A DNA stretch of 64,000 nt from a virus (taxonomy: Duplodnaviria; Caudoviricetes), in the IMG/VR virus record IMGVR_UViG_3300032323_001487, positions 1-64,000 of that record; one strand, 5' to 3'. Under the pieces are notes generated by a model that worked only from the letters and a program-made list of their open reading frames with translations, did no database searches and was not told where the DNA came from. Within the stretch, counting starts at the first letter, position 1; each line of letters starts with the position of its first letter. The position numbers were made by a program, and so were the translations under genes. Positions 45,038 through 55,118 of this stretch are shown in pieces.

Positions 45038-46801
45038 TTGGGCATCTTTAGGCGAGAAGACCAATCTTCTTCAAATCCGAAGCCTTCTCAAGGTATTCGC
45101 GCATCTGCCCCGAAGTCTTCGAGCGCACCTGCTTCTTCTACTCCAGTTTTTCTTCCTGCTAACGTCAACGCTGCGTCGCCTGTTGCGTATAACGCTCCAC
45201 GACCCATCACTGCTGCTGCTACTCAGGTAAAGATGGGCGACCGCGCTGAAGCGGATATGTTCAAGCAACGTCGCAACGCTGGCTCTTCTATGTGGCAGAG
45301 CGAAGCGTGGGAGTATTACGACGCAATCGGTGAAATCAAATACGCTTTCAACCTTGTTGCGTCTGTTGTTTCTCGTATTCGTCTTTATCCAGCGGTTGTC
45401 TCTGACCCTTCCGAGGCTCCTAGCCCTATTCGCAACGTCGAAGAGTATGACCAGCGTTTAGTTGCCGCAGCCGAGCGTGCGATTGCTCGTTTGGACAGCG
45501 CGTATGGCGGTCAGGCAGGTCTGCTCAAGGACGCTGCTCTAAATCTTCAGGTTACTGGCGAGTGCTATTTGACTCAGGTCCCAGAGCGCGTTGGTTCTGG
45601 ACTTCCAGAATCTTGGGACATCCGCTCGGTTGATGAAATCAATACTGACGCTAAGGGTAACTACATCATCACTCCACGTCGCGAGTTGAAGATTGGTTCT
45701 GCTACTTCGGCTAAGCCCGGAGTTATCGGTTTGCCTAAGGGCGCTTTCATTGGTCGTATTTGGCGTGCCCACCCACGTTTCTCTGAAGAGGCGGATTCGT
45801 CACTACGTGGTGTTCTAGACCTCTGCTCCGAGTTGCTACTTCTAAACCGCACCTTCCGTGCTACAGCCCGTTCACGCCTCAACGCTGGTGCTCTTTACTT
45901 GCCAGATGGTTTGTCTGTTGCTGCGACGCCTGACCCAGACTATCCGTATGATGACGCCGATGGCATCTATTCGGAACCTACTCCAGAGGAAGTAGAAGAC
46001 GAGTTTGAGGACCAACTAATCGACGCGATGACTACTCCTATCAAGGATGAGGATTCTGCGAGCGCCGTTGTTCCACTTATCATTCGCGGTCCTGCCGAAC
46101 TTGGTGACAAGATTAAGCAGTTCAAGTTTGAGCGTTCATTCGACCCTGCCCTTGCCGCGCGTTCTGACCGCGTGCTTGAGCGCATTATGCAGGGCATCGA
46201 CGTCCCTAAGGACATCGTTACTGGTTTGGCTAACGTCAAGTATTCGAACGCACTTCAAATTGACGAGTCGCTTTACAAGGCTCACATTGAGCCGATGATG
46301 CTTTTGATTGCTGACGCTCTTACCGTTGTTTACTTGCGTCCTTACCTTTTGGCTAATGGCTTCACCGAGGCAGACGTCGACCGCATTGTTGTTTGGTATG
46401 ACCCATCTCTAGTTGCTACTCGTAACGACCGCGCAGCAGATGCTGACTCTGGTTTCGAGAAGATGGCTATTTCGTTTGAGACTTGGAGACGTGCTCACGG
46501 TTTTGCCGAGGCAGAGGCTCCTAGCCCGACCGAGGTTGCTCTACGTCTGCTCGTAGAAAAGGGAATGATTACCCCAGAACTAACTGAGGCAATGCTTGGC
46601 GTTGTTGCCCCAGATGTTATGGAGAAGATTCGTGGCGCTGCTCAGGCTGCGAATCCCGCTCCGCTTCCTGAAGGTCTAGACCAGATGCTTCAGGGTGCTC
46701 CAGTAGGTGGCGAGGCTCCAGCCCCAGCACCAGAAGCGCCAGTTGAAGAGGCTCCTCCAGTATTGGCAGAGCCAACCCCGCCAACCGAGACTGAAATCTA
46801 A
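45038..46801 (+). CDS. Portal protein
   Basis: 587 aa downstream of terL; WQ.EAW.YYD.IGE, RIWRAHP, SRL.AG resemble actinophage portals. Confidence 0.8.
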   Translation: MGIFRREDQSSSNPKPSQGIRASAPKSSSAPASSTPVFLPANVNAASPVAYNAPRPITAAATQVKMGDRAEADMFKQRRNAGSSMWQSEAWEYYDAIGEIKYAFNLVASVVSRIRLYPAVVSDPSEAPSPIRNVEEYDQRLVAAAERAIARLDSAYGGQAGLLKDAALNLQVTGECYLTQVPERVGSGLPESWDIRSVDEINTDAKGNYIITPRRELKIGSATSAKPGVIGLPKGAFIGRIWRAHPRFSEEADSSLRGVLDLCSELLLLNRTFRATARSRLNAGALYLPDGLSVAATPDPDYPYDDADGIYSEPTPEEVEDEFEDQLIDAMTTPIKDEDSASAVVPLIIRGPAELGDKIKQFKFERSFDPALAARSDRVLERIMQGIDVPKDIVTGLANVKYSNALQIDESLYKAHIEPMMLLIADALTVVYLRPYLLANGFTEADVDRIVVWYDPSLVATRNDRAADADSGFEKMAISFETWRRAHGFAEAEAPSPTEVALRLLVEKGMITPELTEAMLGVVAPDVMEKIRGAAQAANPAPLPEGLDQMLQGAPVGGEAPAPAPEAPVEEAPPVLAEPTPPTETEI

Positions 46802-46809
46802 GGAAGAAA

Positions 46810-47307
46810 ATGTACAATCACTCACACGGCACCTCTGGAAAGCAGGAACTGGCAATGAAGTTGTCAGTTATTTTGGCTGACGTTGTTGCTTATCGCGCAC
46901 TGGCTCACGGATTCCATTGGAACGTCAAGGGACCAGAGTTTATTCAGTTCCACGAGTTCTTCGCGACTCTTTATGAAGACGCTGACTCGAGCATTGACCC
47001 GCTAGCGGAGAACGTCCGCAAGTTGGGCTATGACGCTCCAGTTACTCTCGAAGACTTTGTAAGCCTGTCTTGCGTTCAGGGCAGGACTTCTACTGGTAGC
47101 CCTATCGAGATGTCTACCATTCTTTACGAAGTCAACCAGCACATTCGTGGTTGCTTGGTAGACGGCTTCCGCTTGGCAGATGAGTGTGACCAGCAGGGTA
47201 TCGCTGATTTCCTAGCAGGTCGTATCGACATGCACGACAAGTGGATTTGGCAGTTGGGCACCACCGTTGGCGCAGACGCTACCACTATTCAAACTTTGAT
47301 TCAGTAG
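46810..47307 (+). CDS. dps: Dps / DNA-protection ferritin-like protein
   Basis: HWNVKGPEF.QFHEFF, D.LAE.VRKLG, DK..W ferroxidase residues. Confidence 0.9.
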   Translation: MYNHSHGTSGKQELAMKLSVILADVVAYRALAHGFHWNVKGPEFIQFHEFFATLYEDADSSIDPLAENVRKLGYDAPVTLEDFVSLSCVQGRTSTGSPIEMSTILYEVNQHIRGCLVDGFRLADECDQQGIADFLAGRIDMHDKWIWQLGTTVGADATTIQTLIQ

Positions 47308-47314
47308 GAGCATC

Positions 47315-47899
47315 ATGGAACACCAAGAGCCTAGGGAGTTCATTAACGAGATGATTGAGTCTGGTAATGAACCAGCCATTCCATCTATTTATACTGACAA
47401 GCCTACTTTCTCTATTGGTGACGAGATTCAGTCGCTAGTTGCTTCTGTCAACAGAACTATTCCTATTCGACGTCAGGTCCCTATCTACGATGCTCTAGCC
47501 GTTGCTGGACGCTCGCTGGCTAGGACCGTTAGGGAATTCACTAACCCCAGCAAGCGTGCTTTCGCTGCTCTGCGCGAGGTATCGGACTTTGTGAACACCG
47601 CTGTTAGTGGCAAACCTACTCGCATCGGCATCGAGCACTATGACTTGTTGCCTATCGGTCACCCACTCTCTACTAAAGAGGTAGAGATTTCTGCTCAGGA
47701 TAGGCGAGAGTTTGAGGCAGATTGGTTTGCTGCTGACCCTAGAATTTCTGAAGAATACAGACCTGTTGTTGCTTCGGCTTATTTATCCGCACCAGATAGC
47801 GTAGAAAGAAAATACGCATTGGCTCACTTAGAGGCTTTAGGCTATGAAGACATTCCTATGGAAGTAGTTGTGGCATTACTCGACGACAATGAAATCTAA
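47315..47899 (+). CDS. Hypothetical head-region protein
   Basis: SD AGGAG; DLLP.GHP motif also seen in the 7732-9030 protein (DLLPKMHP). Confidence 0.7.
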   Translation: MEHQEPREFINEMIESGNEPAIPSIYTDKPTFSIGDEIQSLVASVNRTIPIRRQVPIYDALAVAGRSLARTVREFTNPSKRAFAALREVSDFVNTAVSGKPTRIGIEHYDLLPIGHPLSTKEVEISAQDRREFEADWFAADPRISEEYRPVVASAYLSAPDSVERKYALAHLEALGYEDIPMEVVVALLDDNEI

Positions 47900-47902
47900 T
47901 AT

Positions 47903-50900
47903 ATGGCAACCAATCCGTACGCAGGAGAGAACTCGTTTCTTGCTCGTTCTGCAAGAGCGAAACGTCAGCGACGCGACCGCAAGGGTCGCTTTGCTTGGAT
48001 GGGTGGCGCTGCCCGCTTCTTTCTAGCGGTCGAGGGCATCGGCAAGGGTTTGTCTATCCCTAGTCGCTTTGCTGGCTACGACAAAAAATCTGACTCTTTT
48101 GATTTGGAACTTCAGGATGCTGGAGACATTGCCAAGTATGGAAAACTTGTTCGCGTGCCTGCTTCTAAAGTCGAGGGCATCAAGGCTTATATAAATCTTC
48201 CCAGCCTTGGCAAGCGAACCCCCACTAACGTTGAGAGCGACGTTCTTGTTAGCCCAGATGAAATAAAAAAGATTGATGCCCCTTCTGGTTGGAACCTTAC
48301 TAAGACCGAAAATGGCGTCGAGTTTTATGAGTCTGAAGATGGTTGGATAGCAGAAAAGTATTCGAATTTAGATGCATACAAAAAGTCTGGAAAGTCCCCC
48401 AACAAGTTCAAGGGTTCTGGAGTAAACGGCGTTCAGCAGTCTAGCCAGCCTGTTTATCACGTGTATCGCAATCCTAAAGCAGATGCTTTGATGTATGACG
48501 ATTCTGTAAGGTTCGGGGACGTTTCTGTCGCTGCCCAGACTTGGGGAGACACTCAGGCTATGGTCGAAAAGTTGGCTAGAAGAAAGTACGACTCTTTCAA
48601 GTCTAATTTGTCTTCTCTGCGTGCCTTGCCTTCGGCTTGGACTGACTATGACCCCTCTAGCCGTGGCTTGTTTAGTGACACTAAGTGGACGCTTTACAAG
48701 TATGAGTCTGGTAAGACCCCAACCCCCGCAAGAATTATGAAGATGTCTTCAATTCAGCGTAATAATTTATATAAGAAACTTAGCGAAAACCTTCGCAATC
48801 CTGAAGCGACCGCTAATTGGTATAAAGATGACCGAACCCTGAGAACCTCTTTCCAAGTTCGTCAGATGCCTGCGAATAGCGCAGATGCTAGGACGGCTCT
48901 AAATAAGGCTCGCGTTGACGGCAAGAAAATACAGACTTTTGATGGCACCAGTAAGTTGGACCCGAAGGAAGACGTTCTAGAACTTAGTTACTACAAGACA
49001 GATGGCAGTGAACCGATTGCTTACTTCCAAGACTGGGAAGATTTAGAGGATTGGATTGAGGAAGAACGCTTTTCCGCTAAGGAAAAACTTAAAAAAGAGC
49101 GCGAAGCCGCTAAAAATTTAGAGCCTATGGCTCGAAGGGCTGTGGAACTCCCTGATAGAAGCGATAGCGACATAATTCAGGACTTGGAGCCTGTTTCTAC
49201 GCCTGCTATCTCTAAATCTTCCTTCTTCAAGACTGAAAATTCAGACTTTGAGGGTGTTGCTAGTGAAAAAGCAAGCAGTCCTCGCTCTAGTAAATACATC
49301 GATGGTCCAGATGTTGTAAACGAGATAATGAATGAGGCTGCCAAGGTTGCTTTTGAGCAGGGCAGGTTCCCGATTCCTAGAAAAGGAGGTCTCTCCACCT
49401 CCGCAGACGGCAAGTTTTTGGCTCCCGACGTCAAGATTGCGCTACAACGCCAATACAAGCGTGTTTTTGACTCTTTGAAGGAGTCAAATCCAGACTTTAT
49501 GGCGAACTATGACACTTTTGATAAGTTTTGGGCTGATGTAGATAAAAATAGCGTGAGCACTTCTACTCCTTTTGGTGATGGACCAGAAAGTGAGTTCCGT
49601 CAGACTGTAAATAAGGCATACGCTAAAGAAATACTTGGGCTAGATGAAGACGGATTCATTGAAGTTTATCGAAACTCGATTCGTGGTGGTAGTAGAGAAG
49701 GTCAGTCTGAAGTAGACGCGGCCGCAGGATACTCGTCGCTCGACAAAAATATGGCTTGGGACTATCAAAGCCAAGCCACTGGAGATGGACCGTTCTCTGG
49801 ACGATACTCAATCAAGGTAAAGCCTGAAGAGTATGGCGGAATGATTGGTCATAGCGGTGGTTTGGATGAATTTGGTGTAGTTCTGGGTAAGAACGTGACC
49901 AGCATTGATGGGCGTATAGAAAAGCACGGCAAATTAGAGACTTTACCGATTTTAGATGGTGTGACTTTCGGTGCTAGAGGCACTGGCGGTGGACCATACA
50001 GATTTTTCAATGAAGGTTTTAGGTTTATCAAGCCAGCGGGCGAGTTTGATTACACAAATTTTGATGACCTAATTGCTCGCGCTGGTGGGAAAGACAAAGT
50101 TAGAGCCAAGATTTCTGAATTCTGGCCTAATACCACTTTCGACAGAGTAGAAAAAGATTCTTTTGGTTTGAATGGCAGTTCTTTTGAGAAATACATAACA
50201 AAACTTCCTAATGGCAAGGCTATTTTCAATCCAGCGTCCCTGACTTTGACCGAGTCTGGTTTCGGCGCTGAAGGTATTGACCAGAAGGGTGACCGAATTG
50301 ACAATCTTCTAAAGGGAGCATTGGCTTTCCAAGAACTAACTGGTCAAAAAATTATTGAGTGGCGTCGCGGTGGAAATCCAATTACCGATAAGAAGGCTTC
50401 TACAGCCCCAGAGACGACTGCAACCACCGAGAGGGCAGGAATTAGAGACCTATCTGGTTTCAAGCCCACAGGAGGTCCTCTAGGGTCTAATGAAGGTGGC
50501 ACCTACGAAGATGCTAACGGCAACAAAATTTATGTCAAGAAGCCTAGAACAAAACTCCACGGAGAGAATGAAGTCCTCGCTTCGATGCTCTACGAACGTC
50601 TAGGTGTCAACACAGCGAAAATTCGTTTTGGACGTTTAAAAGATGGCACTGAAGTAACTTACTCAGACTGGATTGACTCTAAGAAAGATTTGCGACAAAG
50701 GCTGAGCGACCCAGAGTATGTCCAGAAGATTCAAGAAGGTTTCGGTGTAGATGCTTGGCTTGCCAACTGGGACGTCGCTGGTGGCGCGTTAGACAACATC
50801 GTCACTGACAATAACGGTGACCCTGTTCGCGTTGACCCAGGTGGTGCTCTTTGGTTCCGCGCTCGCGGTGAAGCGAAGGGTGATGCTTTCGGCGAAAAGG

Positions 50901-53900
50901 TTGGAGAACTAGACACTCTTACTGACGGAAGCAATCCTCAGTCGAAGTTAGTTTTTGGAAGTATGACTAACGACGAGAAGCGCGACGCTGTCTCGGACCT
51001 TATAAATATTTCTCCTGACGAAATCGAAATGTTAGTAAATCAAAACATTTCTGACCGTGGCGTTGCTCAGAAAATGTCAGAGACTCTTATTGCTAGAAGA
51101 AAAAACGCTTTAGACAGATTCGGGTTGTCTGACGCAGTTCCTTTTGATTTTTCTAGACAGGCACCGTTATTTGGTCCAAGAAGGGAGCCTAGACATCGCA
51201 AGCGTAGAATCAGCGGATACAAATACTTAGTTGACCGTCGTGGCGTTCACTACCCAAGCAAGCCTCTAAGCGTCCAAGACTACTCTGACCTTAGGGCAGG
51301 TAGAGCAATGCCTAAGCACCTGCCTTTTGCTTTTGCTCCTACTAAGAATGGAAACGTTCACTACTTAGATAGCAACGGCAAACTCCACTGGGGTCAGTAT
51401 GGCGCTGCTGGTGCTTTGCTACGTCGCAAGAATCCAGAAGGCGACTACGAGTATCTGATGATTCAGAGAGGTAGAACTTCGACTGGACCCGGCAGGTGGT
51501 CATCGCCCGGTGGGGCACACGACAGTTTTGAAGATTCTCAGAACCCAGAGATTACTGCTAAGCGAGAGTTGCTAGAAGAACTGGGACTAGACCTCGAAGA
51601 CAGAATTCCTTCTTTCGTTCTAAGAAAAGAAGATGCTCCAGACTGGGCTTACAACATGATTGTTTATGACGTTGAGTTTGGAGAGTTTGACAAAATTGCG
51701 TTGGAGCGCGACAAAAAAGGCAAATTAATTGGAGATGCCATCGACGCTACTTGGCTAGACATTGATGAAATTAGATACATGAAAGACCGTCGACTACTGC
51801 ACGACGGCTTCTCTTCTGAATTGATAGAGCAAATTAACGAAGACAACGTCGGAGAAGGCACGATTGAGTTAATTTCTCCTACTCGTTATGCAAGAAGTAG
51901 AGTTCCTCAGGATTTGGGCGTTGAGTTAGTTCCAGCAACTATGGACAACAACCGAGTGAAGGCACCTTCTAAGCCTTTTACTGGCTCTGTAGAGCGTGAA
52001 CTAGATGGACTAACTAAGCAGGAAGCCATCGAAAAACTTAGAGGTATGGAAATATCTTTTATTGACTTCGAGACCAACGGCATCGACGAATTCGATGGTG
52101 ATTTGAATGGAAACAGGCCAGTTCAGGTAGGTATAGTAAAAGTCAAGGACGGCAAAGTCATAGACAGACTAAACGTTTATATGAACCCCGGTGCTCCGCT
52201 TGGCGAGTGGTCAAGCAAGAACCTGAAGAGAGACATAATGGTCCCTGACGGTAGCAGAATTCCTACTTTAGTTACTGACGATTGGCTAAAGCAACAGATT
52301 AGTCAAAATGATGCTCTAAAGCAGATAACTGATTTTATGGGCGAGAACCCTATCGTTGGTGGTCAAAACGTCTTGTTTGACTTAGAGATTCTTGACCGAA
52401 TGGCTGGTAACGCTGGCTCGGACTACAAGGTCTCTGGGACTGTCGACTCTATGACTTTGGCTGAATATTTATTGCCTAGATACGACTCGACTAAGGGAGT
52501 GGACGGACCTAAAAAGAAGAACGCTGACGGCACTTTTACTCCAAGTTATAGTTTGGGCACAATCACTCAGTTCCTAGGATTTGAGCCAACTAAGTGGCAC
52601 AGTGCGGACGGCGACGCCGAGGACTCGGCTTCTATGCTTTCTAAGATGCTCGAGCGAGCCGAGAACGATGATTCGATTGGCAATGATGCTTTCAACTCGG
52701 ATTTGAATACAGAACGTTATCGCGATGGACTAGAGAAATATAAAGCCGCCACTGACCCTGCTAGCCCTGCTACTAACAAGCAGGTCGAAGGTCTAGAAAA
52801 GATTTTGACTAAGTACCCAACCACCCCCGAAAAAGCCGATGCGCTCAGGGCGGATGTAGCACGCTCCACTAGAGGTGGCGCTACTGAACTTATGAATGAG
52901 TACGTAGAGGCTGAAGAAGCAAAGATAAGGCGCTACGATAGCGACCCAGAACTGGCTCAGATTAAGAGTGAACTGGCTGGCTTGGCTGGAGGGTTGCCTA
53001 CTGACCTTGAGGACAGTTCGAACCCATATCTGTCAGAGCCAAGGACAGACTTGGGTCCTAAAGTCTTTCCCCACCTAACAACAGAGGCGGAGAGACCGCA
53101 ACTAATTCAAGCAACACCTAGGTGGCAAGAACTTAATAAAAAAATTACTGCTGCTGGCGCTGTAGTTGGCAAAAAGGTTAGGGATGCTGTAACTGCCGAG
53201 CACAAAGCAAACTACGGAACTGACCCCTACCAACAACTTGAAGCGTTAAATAAAAAAGTTTTAGATTCTCAAGATTTTTATAGAAAAAAACTAAAGGATT
53301 CTAAATCAATCTTCAATAAATTCCGCCGCGATTGGCTGTCCAGAAACGAGGTTGCCACTAAGGCAGCAGCCGTTAAACTGCTCGAAGCCATTAATAGAAA
53401 CGAGACTCCGTCCTCTACAAATGACCTAGGAAGAGTAAGTTCACTTTATGACGAACTACTAAATATTAAAGTTAGTTCTGCTAATGACCAAGAAGCATTA
53501 GCCAAATTTTTTGAAGTTCTTGTTCAGAGCAAAGTCTCTGATGAACAAATATTCTTTTCATTGAGGGAATTAGCCCGAAAGGGAGACATCAGACCCGGTA
53601 CCCCAAGCCACAACGATTGGGTCGCTCTTTCGGATGTCTCTAGGGCCGAAGCAAGACTCGCTGAGGCGCAGGATAAACAGTCCGAGTTGGCGCTTAGAGT
53701 TGCAACCTTGCAGACTATAGAGTCTAGAAGAGTTTTGAAGGCTCTAGGGGTCGAGTTTAATCACGGTGTTCAGATAGAGTCCGAGTTTGTGGGAAGCGGG
53801 GAGATGCGTATTAATCACAATGTCTCTGCTAACAGGTGGGAAGGCGTTTTCATGCCAACAGCGCCAGACAGAGAAGCCAGACTGCTTAGAAACTACGGTT

Positions 53901-54679
53901 CTCAACTTTTAGAAGAGAAGACGGTCAGAGAAGGATTAAATTTCGGAACAGATTCTTTCCCTAAATCTTTTATTTCTTTGGTTAATAAGAGAATCACTAA
54001 AAATGGAAACAAACTTAAGTTGGGTGTGACCGCAAGAGGCTCGACTACCGTTGTTAGGAATGACGGTTCCACTGGCGGCCAACGCTCTTCAAATCCGTCT
54101 TTGCAGGAAATAAGTTCTGACTCAATTGTTTCAATGTCACTAAGTCCATCCCCCGAAGGCTTACCTGGGTCAAAAGACCTTGGCACAACTGCCGTGCACG
54201 AACTCACTCACTTGGTAGCAGAGACTATGAAAATGTCATCTTTCTTGGAATGGGCAAAAGTAAGCGAGTTAGGATTGGAAAAAACAAAGCCAGACGGCTC
54301 TCCAGATGTCTCACTTATTAGGACAGACGCGGTTAACAAGACAGAGGATGGCTCTGCCATCCCAGCCTCGCTACTAGACAGAGCAAAAATTTATGCACTA
54401 GAAGCGGGCATACCGCTCAGTACAATTTTGAGATACGCTGGAAAGTTCAATTCCGACTCCACTGGCAATAGATATGGGGTCGGTCCCAACAGCAATGGAG
54501 AACTTTTGTCGACAGTTTTAGAGAGTCTATTAGGTGGCACCCCTGCGAACTTAGTCAGGGACTATCATAGAAATGCATTTGAAAGAGACTCCGCATCTCC
54601 AGTAGTAGATGCTTCTCTAATGGACTGGGGGCTAGGCTCTCTACTAGTGTTAGATGAATACGCTAAGAGACAACTTTAA
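47903..54679 (+). CDS. Giant polyvalent protein: PI3/4-kinase- or HipA-like domain, Nudix, DEDDh exonuclease, HExxH
   Basis: GSNEGG..Y..YVKK/DAWLANWD/VDPGG (about 50.4-51.1 kb); PGG...AKRELLEELG (about 51.5 kb); DFETNG/GQNV.FD/HSADGD (52.0-52.7 kb); HELTH (about 54.2 kb). Confidence 0.85.
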   Translation: MATNPYAGENSFLARSARAKRQRRDRKGRFAWMGGAARFFLAVEGIGKGLSIPSRFAGYDKKSDSFDLELQDAGDIAKYGKLVRVPASKVEGIKAYINLPSLGKRTPTNVESDVLVSPDEIKKIDAPSGWNLTKTENGVEFYESEDGWIAEKYSNLDAYKKSGKSPNKFKGSGVNGVQQSSQPVYHVYRNPKADALMYDDSVRFGDVSVAAQTWGDTQAMVEKLARRKYDSFKSNLSSLRALPSAWTDYDPSSRGLFSDTKWTLYKYESGKTPTPARIMKMSSIQRNNLYKKLSENLRNPEATANWYKDDRTLRTSFQVRQMPANSADARTALNKARVDGKKIQTFDGTSKLDPKEDVLELSYYKTDGSEPIAYFQDWEDLEDWIEEERFSAKEKLKKEREAAKNLEPMARRAVELPDRSDSDIIQDLEPVSTPAISKSSFFKTENSDFEGVASEKASSPRSSKYIDGPDVVNEIMNEAAKVAFEQGRFPIPRKGGLSTSADGKFLAPDVKIALQRQYKRVFDSLKESNPDFMANYDTFDKFWADVDKNSVSTSTPFGDGPESEFRQTVNKAYAKEILGLDEDGFIEVYRNSIRGGSREGQSEVDAAAGYSSLDKNMAWDYQSQATGDGPFSGRYSIKVKPEEYGGMIGHSGGLDEFGVVLGKNVTSIDGRIEKHGKLETLPILDGVTFGARGTGGGPYRFFNEGFRFIKPAGEFDYTNFDDLIARAGGKDKVRAKISEFWPNTTFDRVEKDSFGLNGSSFEKYITKLPNGKAIFNPASLTLTESGFGAEGIDQKGDRIDNLLKGALAFQELTGQKIIEWRRGGNPITDKKASTAPETTATTERAGIRDLSGFKPTGGPLGSNEGGTYEDANGNKIYVKKPRTKLHGENEVLASMLYERLGVNTAKIRFGRLKDGTEVTYSDWIDSKKDLRQRLSDPEYVQKIQEGFGVDAWLANWDVAGGALDNIVTDNNGDPVRVDPGGALWFRARGEAKGDAFGEKVGELDTLTDGSNPQSKLVFGSMTNDEKRDAVSDLINISPDEIEMLVNQNISDRGVAQKMSETLIARRKNALDRFGLSDAVPFDFSRQAPLFGPRREPRHRKRRISGYKYLVDRRGVHYPSKPLSVQDYSDLRAGRAMPKHLPFAFAPTKNGNVHYLDSNGKLHWGQYGAAGALLRRKNPEGDYEYLMIQRGRTSTGPGRWSSPGGAHDSFEDSQNPEITAKRELLEELGLDLEDRIPSFVLRKEDAPDWAYNMIVYDVEFGEFDKIALERDKKGKLIGDAIDATWLDIDEIRYMKDRRLLHDGFSSELIEQINEDNVGEGTIELISPTRYARSRVPQDLGVELVPATMDNNRVKAPSKPFTGSVERELDGLTKQEAIEKLRGMEISFIDFETNGIDEFDGDLNGNRPVQVGIVKVKDGKVIDRLNVYMNPGAPLGEWSSKNLKRDIMVPDGSRIPTLVTDDWLKQQISQNDALKQITDFMGENPIVGGQNVLFDLEILDRMAGNAGSDYKVSGTVDSMTLAEYLLPRYDSTKGVDGPKKKNADGTFTPSYSLGTITQFLGFEPTKWHSADGDAEDSASMLSKMLERAENDDSIGNDAFNSDLNTERYRDGLEKYKAATDPASPATNKQVEGLEKILTKYPTTPEKADALRADVARSTRGGATELMNEYVEAEEAKIRRYDSDPELAQIKSELAGLAGGLPTDLEDSSNPYLSEPRTDLGPKVFPHLTTEAERPQLIQATPRWQELNKKITAAGAVVGKKVRDAVTAEHKANYGTDPYQQLEALNKKVLDSQDFYRKKLKDSKSIFNKFRRDWLSRNEVATKAAAVKLLEAINRNETPSSTNDLGRVSSLYDELLNIKVSSANDQEALAKFFEVLVQSKVSDEQIFFSLRELARKGDIRPGTPSHNDWVALSDVSRAEARLAEAQDKQSELALRVATLQTIESRRVLKALGVEFNHGVQIESEFVGSGEMRINHNVSANRWEGVFMPTAPDREARLLRNYGSQLLEEKTVREGLNFGTDSFPKSFISLVNKRITKNGNKLKLGVTARGSTTVVRNDGSTGGQRSSNPSLQEISSDSIVSMSLSPSPEGLPGSKDLGTTAVHELTHLVAETMKMSSFLEWAKVSELGLEKTKPDGSPDVSLIRTDAVNKTEDGSAIPASLLDRAKIYALEAGIPLSTILRYAGKFNSDSTGNRYGVGPNSNGELLSTVLESLLGGTPANLVRDYHRNAFERDSASPVVDASLMDWGLGSLLVLDEYAKRQL

Positions 54680-54687
54680 GGAAAACA

Positions 54688-55026
54688 ATGGATAGCATCG
54701 CTTATTACGACATCACCTTGAAAGATGGTAGTCAACTCTACTGGACTAAATCATTTGGGCTAAATATTTTTGTCAACTACTTTGAAAATAAGGAGTTAGA
54801 TGAGACTAGCGATGCTTTTCAGTTATCAGTTGATTTTGAGTTATTTATGACTTCTGGCGGGGACTCTTTTTCATTCAAGTATCTTGACGCTGATATCAAG
54901 AAAGATATAAAAGACCCAGTGGCAGTAAAACTAGCAATCCTCAAGTTATACCCAGAGGCAGTGTTCTCTAGCACAGCGCCTAACACAGACAGTTACACTA
55001 AAAGAGCAAAAAACGTAGTCAACTAA
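54688..55026 (+). CDS. Hypothetical protein
   Basis: SD AAGGA; AT-rich ORF directly after the giant gene. Confidence 0.7.
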   Translation: MDSIAYYDITLKDGSQLYWTKSFGLNIFVNYFENKELDETSDAFQLSVDFELFMTSGGDSFSFKYLDADIKKDIKDPVAVKLAILKLYPEAVFSSTAPNTDSYTKRAKNVVN

Positions 55027-55118
55027 AGGCGAGCAGTCAATAGCAATACAATAAAGTTGCTATACTGTTTTTTATACAGATTGACGCTGACTGTAGTCGT
55101 TTTAGGAGAAATTTTCAT

